The notes under the pieces are model-generated. The model did no database searches. It saw only the letters and a program-made list of their open reading frames with translations, and was not told where the DNA came from. A DNA stretch of 64,000 nt. Source: Dehalococcoidia bacterium. GTDB lineage: Bacteria; Chloroflexota; Dehalococcoidia; Bin125. The stretch lies in NCBI GenBank assembly GCA_963663235.2, contig CAXXNO010000006.1:279129-343128 (forward strand), written 5' to 3'. Positions 57,529-64,000 of the stretch are shown here, piece by piece. The first letter of the stretch is position 1. Each line of letters opens with the position of its first letter. Both the position numbers and the translations under genes were made by a program.

Positions 57529-57695
57529 CTCCCCGCCGCTCTCCGAGTACGCAGTTTAGCAATGATCCCGGCTTGAACGATCCCGGCTTGCTTGACCAGC
57601 CCCCACGTCGCTCCATATCCTCGTGACCGGCTCTCGGGCCGCGCAAGGCGACCAGGAAGCCGGAGCCCCAAATACCACGGACGGAGCCGCGCTCG

Positions 57696-57920
57696 ATGCC
57701 CCTCTACGAGTACCACTGCCGGACCTGCAACGAGACGTTCACCCGACTGCGGCCGATGGGCACGGCCGGGATCGACAGCGAGTGCTCCCGGGGGCACCAA
57801 GCGAACCAGACGATCACCATCGCGGTGCAGGCGCGGGGTGGAGCCGACGAAGAGCCGGAACTCGGTCTGAGTGGCTGCGCCTGCGGACAAGGCGTCTGCG
57901 GCTGCAGTTCGCTCAACTAG
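57696..57920 (+). CDS. FmdB-family zinc-ribbon protein
   Basis: MPLYEYHCRTC...F...C..GH, Cys-rich tail GCACGQGVCGC. Confidence 0.88.
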   Translation: MPLYEYHCRTCNETFTRLRPMGTAGIDSECSRGHQANQTITIAVQARGGADEEPELGLSGCACGQGVCGCSSLN

Positions 57921-57934
57921 CCGGGACTCGCTCA

Positions 57935-58702
57935 CTACGACCCGTCTCGACTTTCCTCGGCGAGCGGAGCGGCGTCCGCCGACTCCACGACAGCAGTCAA
58001 GCCCCCGTTGCGCCGCCGCGCGAGCCAACCGGCCAGCGCCAGAGCGAGCGCCGTGCCCACCGTGGCGACGCCGATCAGCATGGTGCTCTCGAAGAAGAAG
58101 TCCTGCGGGAACAGTTGGATCAGCCGGTCGCGGAGGGTGAGCTGCCAGAGATCGTTGGTGAAGAGGAGCAGATGGAACTGGCGGAACGCACCATCGAAGC
58201 CGCTGAGGACGATGATCGCCAGCACGCCGATTACCCCGATCACCGCGCCGCCAGCCGCGAACGCGGCTGCGGCCAAGACGCGGGCGGCCGCGGCCCGACG
58301 CCACGCGATGGTGGCCGCGACGAAAGCGACGATGAAGCCGAGAGCGGCCGAGCCGGCGTCGTAGGTTCGATCCAAGAGGCGCTTGACGTCGCGGAGGTGC
58401 AGGATCTCACGCTGGCTGAAGAGCGGCTCCGGCTCGCCGGCGCGGTTGACCACGGCGACGTCGACGAACTCCTCGTCGGAGCCGAAATAGGCACGGAGCT
58501 CGGCTGCGCCGCGGTCGACCTCGGCGCGGGGGAGGCCGGTGCGCGCCTCGGCGTCGAACTGGTCGAAGCCGCGCTCCCACCACCAGCCGGAGGTCGCGAC
58601 GAAGCGGACCGCGAGCGCAAGCGGAAGCACCAGCACGGCCACCGCGAATAGCGCCACAGCGCTCCGCCAAAGCCAGCGCTCAGCGTCCACCGTCGGCCCC
58701 AT
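57935..58702 (-). CDS. DUF1461/TIGR01906 membrane protein (lipoprotein intramolecular transacylase Lit-like)
   Basis: FSQREILHLRDVK, F...F..FHLLLF.ND.W......LI.LFP..FF, four TM segments. Confidence 0.85.
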   Translation of the reverse strand: MGPTVDAERWLWRSAVALFAVAVLVLPLALAVRFVATSGWWWERGFDQFDAEARTGLPRAEVDRGAAELRAYFGSDEEFVDVAVVNRAGEPEPLFSQREILHLRDVKRLLDRTYDAGSAALGFIVAFVAATIAWRRAAAARVLAAAAFAAGGAVIGVIGVLAIIVLSGFDGAFRQFHLLLFTNDLWQLTLRDRLIQLFPQDFFFESTMLIGVATVGTALALALAGWLARRRNGGLTAVVESADAAPLAEESRDGS

Positions 58703-58817
58703 CGCGCGCACCCCTGCGATACCCTGGCCCCGATTCGATGCGACGCAGCAGCATCGTTGTGGGGCGTGCATTGATTGTACGGCGCGCCCGGTGGCTCGCA
58801 GAGGGGAGCGGAGCGGC

Positions 58818-59846
58818 GTGAGCGACGATCCGCGCATCGACCTGGACGCGCTGGCCGCCGCCTGTGGCCTCGACGTTGAGCGCGGCTTTCAGGTGGCCGG
58901 CGGGGAAGCCGCCGCCCGCTTGGACCCCACGCGCCCCGCGCTGCTGCTCCTGGACCCGGCGGGGCGTGTGCCCGCGGAGGCGCTGCGCGGCTACCCCGCG
59001 GAGACCGAAGCGCGGCCCGTGATCCGGCGCGACGGGGCCTTCCACTGTGAGCGCACCACCATCGGGCGGCTCGAGATTCCGGCCGACGCGGTCGCGCTTG
59101 CGCTGCCGGCCGTCCCGGCCGAGCAGGTGCGACTCGACTTCCGCGGGCTGCGCGGGGTAATCGCCCGCGTGCGCGCCCCCGACGGCGGCTGTCCCTGGGA
59201 CCTGGAGCAGGATCATCGATCACTGAGGCCGCACCTCCTGGAAGAGGCGTACGAAACGCTGCTGGCGCTGGACGGCGACGATGCCGCGGCGCTGCAGGAA
59301 GAGTTGGGCGACCTGTTGATGCAGATCGTGCTGCACGCGCAGATCGCGGAGGACCGAGGCGCGTTCGACATCGACGACGTGTGCGAAGGGATCCGGGCCA
59401 AGTTGGTCCGGCGGCACCCGCACGTGTTCGGCGACGTGACGGCCGAGAGCGCCGAGGCCGTGGTCGCGAACTGGGACCGGCTGAAGGCGGAAGAGCGCGA
59501 GGCGGAAGCATCGGCGCTGGAGGGAGTGCCGGTGGCGCTGGCGGCGCTGGCGCGGGCGAACAGCCTGGCGGGACGAGCGGCGCGGCGCGGCTTCGATCCA
59601 GGGAAGGGCGACACCGCGCCGGAGGGGGTGGGCGACGCCGCCGAGTTGGGCGACCTGCTATTCGGGATCGTCGACGCCGCGCGGCGGCAGGGGATCGAGG
59701 CGGAGGACGCGCTGCGGGAGGCGTGCACGCGGTTCGAGCGTCGGTTCCGGGCGCTGGAGGCGTCGCTGAGGGAGGGCGGGCTGGAGATGCGCGACCTGGA
59801 CGCGGCGGATCTGCGGCGGCGGTGGGAGGCGGTGGAGGAGGGGTAA
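58818..59846 (+). CDS. mazG: Nucleoside triphosphate pyrophosphohydrolase MazG (YabN-like N-terminal remnant)
   Basis: RAPDGGCPWD..Q...SL...LLEEAYE, EELGDLL.Q, RRHPHVFG, ELGDLLF. Confidence 0.92.
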   Translation: MSDDPRIDLDALAAACGLDVERGFQVAGGEAAARLDPTRPALLLLDPAGRVPAEALRGYPAETEARPVIRRDGAFHCERTTIGRLEIPADAVALALPAVPAEQVRLDFRGLRGVIARVRAPDGGCPWDLEQDHRSLRPHLLEEAYETLLALDGDDAAALQEELGDLLMQIVLHAQIAEDRGAFDIDDVCEGIRAKLVRRHPHVFGDVTAESAEAVVANWDRLKAEEREAEASALEGVPVALAALARANSLAGRAARRGFDPGKGDTAPEGVGDAAELGDLLFGIVDAARRQGIEAEDALREACTRFERRFRALEASLREGGLEMRDLDAADLRRRWEAVEEG

Positions 59847-59853
59847 TGGGAAA

Positions 59854-60081
59854 CCTCACCCTTCCGCTGCGCGAAGGGCGCAAGCGCCCCCTGACCTTTT
59901 CTCCATCGGCAAGCGATGGAGAGGGGGAGGTGATGGCAAGGGAAGGGAGGGATAGAGGCACCTCACCCTTCCGCTGCGCGAAGGGCGCAAGCGCCCCCTG
60001 GCCTTTTCTCCGTCGGCGAGGGATGGGAAACCTCACCCTCCTTCCCCCTCTCCATCGGCAAGCGATGGAGAGGGGGAAGGA
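59854..60081 (+). repeat. REP-like cluster 1: two 43-nt units plus GC-rich hairpins
   Basis: CCTCACCCTTCCGCTGCGCGAAGGGCGCAAGCGCCCCCTGRCC at 59854 and 59961. CTCCATCG-GCAAG-CGATGGAG hairpin twice, the second with a perfect 19-bp stem (60039-60081). Confidence 0.85.
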
Positions 60082-60113
60082 AAGGAAGAAGAGGAAGAAG
60101 AGAAGGAACACGC

Positions 60114-60686
60114 CTAGCCATCGGCGGCGGCCGGGCGTTGCTCGGCGGCGGCCGGGGAGTCTTGCCGTTCGGCGGCCGGGGAGTCTTGCCGTTCGGCGGC
60201 CGGGGAGTCTTGCCGACCGGCGGCTGGGGGATCCGGGGTGGCAGCGTCGAGCTCCTCGTCGGTGAACTCGGCGAAGAGGTCGCGGACGCCGAAGGGCTCC
60301 TCTTGCGGCGGTGGGGGATCGGGCGGCGGCTCAGCGGCCGCGAGGAGGCGGCGGGCCTCGCGCTGGCCGTTGAGGAAGACGCGGAGGAGGCGGGTCAAGT
60401 TCGTCGGGTTCTCATCCGCCTTGTGCGCGTCGAGCTTGGTCCAGAGGAGACGGTCGATCTCGCGGAGGCTGCCCAGGCAGCGGAGGCGCTCGCGGTCGAG
60501 GAAGTCGCGGCGCTGCTCCTGCCAGAGGGTGTGGAGGCGGTCGAGGTCGCGGGCGACGGTGCGCTCGGAGACGCGGAGGAGGGCGGCGATGACGGCGTGG
60601 GTGAGGCCGCGAACGTGGAGGCCATAGACGCGGAGCAAGCGCTCGCGGGTCTCAGAGTTATGTCGCCAAGAGTTCGAGCGGGGCAC
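60114..60686 (-). CDS. Orphan helix-turn-helix protein with C-terminal 8-aa repeats
   Basis: GLTHAVIAALLRVSERTVARDL HTH. GTG start at 60686 with SD GGAAAGG. Confidence 0.65.
   Translation of the reverse strand: MPRSNSWRHNSETRERLLRVYGLHVRGLTHAVIAALLRVSERTVARDLDRLHTLWQEQRRDFLDRERLRCLGSLREIDRLLWTKLDAHKADENPTNLTRLLRVFLNGQREARRLLAAAEPPPDPPPPQEEPFGVRDLFAEFTDEELDAATPDPPAAGRQDSPAAERQDSPAAERQDSPAAAEQRPAAADG
60147..60215. repeat. 24-bp tandem repeat (~3 copies) encoding PAA(G/E)RQDS
   Basis: GGCGGCCGGGGAGTCTTGCCGTTC at 60147, 60171 and 60195 (partial). Confidence 0.9.
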
Positions 60687-60949
60687 AGGCCGACCTTTCC
60701 AGGGAGCGCCGGCGGGAAAAAATCTCCAGGGCGGGCGCACCAGATGGTGGGTCGGTCCCGAGGGGGCTCAAGGTGACAGAAACCGGCAGGATTCAGACAG
60801 GATCTTGCCAGGTTTCCGGCGGGGATCCGGCGGGATTGGGGTCAGGATCTCGGGCGCTGAGCCGACGGTCTGGTGGACCAGCGGATCGAGAACTCACGTC
60901 CCATTATAGCGGTTATGAGCGTTCGCCAGGGAAGTGCAAAACACCCACG

Positions 60950-60983
60950 AAAAGAAGGAGCCCGCCGGATGACGGGCCCCTTC
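60950..60983 (-). terminator. Intrinsic terminator after the 61015-61761 gene
   Basis: GAAGGGGCCCGTC-ATCC-GGCGGGCTCCTTC-TTTT on the minus strand. Confidence 0.7.
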
Positions 60984-61014
60984 GTCTGGACCGCTGAAGC
61001 GAGCGCCCTACGGA

Positions 61015-61761
61015 TTAATCGTCGTCGTCAGGTTCGATCAAGTTCAGGAGGATACCAGCATTGACCAACTCATGGGGCTCTCGCGTGTTGTAGGTGTAGA
61101 CCAGGACGCCATCGCCGGTGGAGCCAGCGAGCTCGCCAGTGCCGCCGGTGATTACGAAGACGAGGGTCACAGTGTTTTCGGTCTCGATGTGAGCACTGTC
61201 GTATGGGGGCCCGACCGGGGTCCCGCCGATGGTGTCACAGTCAGGAACATGGCCGGGACTGCCGGGACCGGGGCGCTCCGTGTTGGAGCCGCCGACGACA
61301 TCCGCAGTAACCGTATCGCCGTCCTCGGTCGTGATCGTCACGGTCGCGGTAAAGGTGTGCGATCCACCCCCAACTACCGTGCAACCGGCGTGTTTGTGGT
61401 CGTCCGGCATCGTAATAGGCGCGTTGTAGACGAGTGCCGAGGGGTGACTGGCCGTGTACGTGCCCTAGTCCCAGGCGGCGCTGCTCTCAACCGTGACGTC
61501 GCCGAGGTCGTCAATCTCTCCGAACAGAAGGGTATCGGCGCCATCATCGAAGGTGCCACTCGAGTCGGGGTCGAACACACCAAATCTCTGGTCGTAATGG
61601 TCGGGGAGGAACGTCGATGGGTCGCCTGTCAGGACGGACCCCTCCGGACCCTCCGGAGAGTCAGCGGCAACGGAGTCGGCGGCCGGCTGGAGACCAAAGA
61701 CCAAAACAAGGATGAGCGCGACCACGGCTGCAATCGCGCTCAGCGCAACGATACGAGGCAT
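61015..61761 (-). pseudogene. Secreted beta-rich protein split by one in-frame TAG (61465-61467)
   Basis: ORFs 61465-61761 (signal peptide) and 61015-61410 share a frame: SSAAWD*GTYTASHPSALVYNAPITMPDD... C-terminal FVITGGTGELAGSTGDG motif. Confidence 0.75.
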
Positions 61762-62097
61762 GATTCTGATCCTTCCGATCTATCGTTCTGGTGGATGCGC
61801 CGGGTACCGATCGGGAACTTCTTCATCAACTTGTCAGGCAACGCGCAGGGCACAGACGCGGACGTTGTCGCCCTGATGGGCCTGCGCGATGGCCCTCGCC
61901 CGAGGCGTGAGCGCCACCACGCTGGTGTGCGGCCGTACCTTGCGCAGCCCCCGACGGCAATGCACTGCAATCAACCGTACCTTCATGCGTCCTCGCCACC
62001 ATTCGGCCGTCCGGCCGTCTAGGTCGCGCCCGTCTCGCTGGAAGTTAGAGGTCGGCGCGAGGATGTCAAGGCTGAGTCGGTCGGCGGGGTGCTGAGA

Positions 62098-62294
62098 CCT
62101 CACCCTTCCGCTGTGCGAAGGGCGCGAGCGGCCTCTGGCCTTTTCTCCAATGGAGAGGGATGGGGGAACCTCACCCTTCCGCTATGCGAAGGGCGCAAGC
62201 GCCCCCTGGCCCTCCTTCGACCCTTCGACAAGCTCAGGGCAGGCAAGCTCAGGACAGGCCTCTCCATCCTTCCCTCCCGGGAAGGATGGAGAGG
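62098..62294 (+). repeat. REP-like cluster 2: two more 43-nt units, nested CCTTCGACAAGCTCAGG repeats and a 16-bp hairpin
   Basis: Units at 62098 and 62169. CCCTTCGACAAGCTCAGGGCAGG (62221-62243) sits inside CCTTCGA|CAAGCTCAGGACAGG. Perfect stem 62259-62274/62279-62294. Confidence 0.85.
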
Positions 62295-62364
62295 AGGCGG
62301 TGATGGGCGGGAGTGAGGTGAAGTGAACGCCGAGGCGATCGCCGACCGCGAGTAGCCCGCGCTC

Positions 62365-62958
62365 TTATCGACGCCGCCTGACCACGACCCGACCACCCAC
62401 AACGCCTAAGAGCACGAGCGCCGCCAGCCCACTCGCCAAACTCAGCGCAAACCACGCACCGCCGCTCTTGTCGGCTGCTAGCCCTCCGCTGCCCGTGTCC
62501 GGCAACGCCTCCGGCCCGGCCGGCGGTGGTCCCGCCGGGGGTCCCCCACCGCCTGGCGCCTGCGCCTCTTGGAAACGTGCGGTCTCCGGGTCCGAGGTGT
62601 CGGGCATCTGGGCCAGGGAGACGATCTTGCCGTCGCGCAACTCGAATGTCGCTATCCGAATGATCCGCTCAATCCCGAAGGCCTCAATCCGTGGCGTTCT
62701 GATCTCCTGAATGGCCGTCACGCTGCTTCCGGAAACCTCGACGCTGACATTCGTAATGTTGAGCCCGTTATCGACCTCCCTTTGAAGATCGTCCCGGATC
62801 TCCGCGAGCCCGACGAACGTTCGGCGTGGGTTATCGATTACGGCGTCCTCAGCGAAGAGGGCCACCGCCGCATCCACGTCGCCACTGTTTATCGCCTCGG
62901 CGAATGCCTCGACAACGGTCGCGGGGTCCGCCTGCGCCGCGACGCGTCCGGGCAACAG
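62365..62958 (-). pseudogene. SnoaL/NTF2-like protein with LPXTG-type anchor, 5' end cut by an IS3 insertion
   Basis: LLPGRVAAQ (end of a signal peptide), DPATVVEAFAEAINSGDVDAAVALFAEDAVI, Pro-rich linker, LPDTG, TM helix, RRRR. Confidence 0.8.
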
Positions 62959-64000
62959 TGACCTGCCCCCGATCGTTGTACCAGTCGTTAAGTGAGTCCG
63001 ATCGCCGGGACGAGCGTCATGGGACGTTCCCGGGGTTGCTGCGTTTCCGGGGCGGGGGGGCGGTAGCCGAGGGCACGGTGGGGGCGGATCTGGTTGTCCT
63101 CCCGCCGCCGGCCCTCGATGAGGATCTGGGCTTCCAGCAGGGTGTCGAAGCGCTCGCGATTGAGGCACGCGTCGCGCAGCTTGCCGTTGAACGATTCCCC
63201 AGAGCCGTTCGCCCAAGGCCTGCCCGGTTCGATGAAGCGGGTCGTGCCCCCGACCCGGTGCAGCCAGTCCCGCACCGCGGTGGCGGTGCACGCCGGGCCG
63301 TTGGCGGACCGCAGAAACGTCGGCGGCCCGCGCTCGACGAACAGCTGGGCCAACCGCGCCAGGCCGTCGTCGCTGCGCCGTCGGCGGGCGACGTCGAGAC
63401 GCAGGCCCTCGCGGGTGGTCCTCATCCACGATGGCGAGGATCCGCACCGGGCGCCCCTCGGCGGTGCGGTCGAAGCCGAAGGCGTCGGACCAGCCGTGGG
63501 ACGGCCGCTCGGCCCGCCGCCGCACCAGCGCGCCGGCCGCGAGCCAGAGGCGGCCCCGTTGGGGGTGCTTCCCGGGGACCCGCCAGCCTTCCTGACGCCA
63601 GAGCCGCTCGACCCGCTTGGGGTTCACCCGCCAGCCCGCCTGGCGCAGCCGGGCCGGGATGCGACGGGAGCCGTAGCGGCCGCAGCGGGTGGCCAGCGCG
63701 ACGCTGCGCGCGATCAGCGCCGGCTCATCCGGGGACGGCCGGGGCACGTAGCGCGGTGTCGCCCGCGCCTGGCCGGTGACCTGGCCGGCCCGCCGCTCCG
63801 ACACCGCGTACGGGTCCGTGCGGTAGGATGTCGCCCGGCGCCGCTGGGCCGGGCGCAGAAGTTTCCCGCTGCGACGTCCCCCAACATCGCGTTGGCCAGC
63901 GCCTGATCGGCCACCACCCGCTTCAGCCGACTGTTCTCGCGCTCCCGTTCTTTCAGCCGCTTGGCCCCTGGTCGACCCGCAGCCCCCCGTACTCCCGCCG
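62959..64000 (-). mobile_element. IS3-family (IS407-group-like) insertion sequence, degenerate, continues past the window edge
   Basis: Terminal IR TGACCTGCCCCC at 62959. orfA end EYGGLRVDQ...ENSRLKRVVAD, slippery site GGGAAAC (~63861-63867), orfB motifs GRYG.RR, VN.KRVER, ESFNGKLRD, RPH..LGY. Frameshifts near 63965 and 63417; both catalytic Asp are Ala. Confidence 0.93.

Noticed and set aside
60147-60215. 24-bp repeats as a CRISPR array
   Set aside because: Head-to-tail copies with no spacers, in frame within a CDS, and no cas genes.
61465-61467. Pyrrolysine recoding
   Set aside because: No pyl genes or methylamine methyltransferase context in the window; a point nonsense change is simpler.
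59854-62294. 43-nt repeats as a CRISPR array
   Set aside because: Spacing is irregular, the intervening sequences are themselves repeated palindromes, and each cluster has only two units.

Overview
A GC-rich bacterial chromosome segment, most consistent with Chloroflexota (Dehalococcoidia-like). That placement is inferred from the gene set, the Alu-containing large SRP RNA, an LPXTG substrate and the RpoD architecture. About 59.8 kb is core housekeeping: ispE, rsmA, SRP RNA, lepA, oppDF-like ATPases, three tRNAs, thrS, accC plus a biotin carrier, infC-rpmI-rplT, inverted pheST, moeA, the alaS-ruvX-mltG-aroE-aroC-aroKB operon, glmU, dprA-topA-xerC-aroQ-pepP-efp-xseAB, rluB-cmk-plsC, glmS, dnaG-rpoD and mazG. 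The last ~4 kb is accessory: nested REP-like palindromes, an orphan HTH gene, a secreted-protein gene with an in-frame amber codon, and an LPXTG SnoaL-like gene cut by an IS3-family element. Most notable: (1) the IS3 element carries roughly 35-40 inferred substitutions, almost all A>C/T>G, while the gene it disrupts looks undamaged, hinting at repeat-targeted or mutT-type hypermutation. (2) A 68-aa mini-IspH is built from three in-frame-joined IspH motifs. (3) Three classes of REP-like repeat are nested inside one another. (4) Five sigma70-type promoters have 18-bp spacers, and a perfect palindrome sits at the dnaG-rpoD promoter. All family calls come from motif recognition by eye; no database searches were run.
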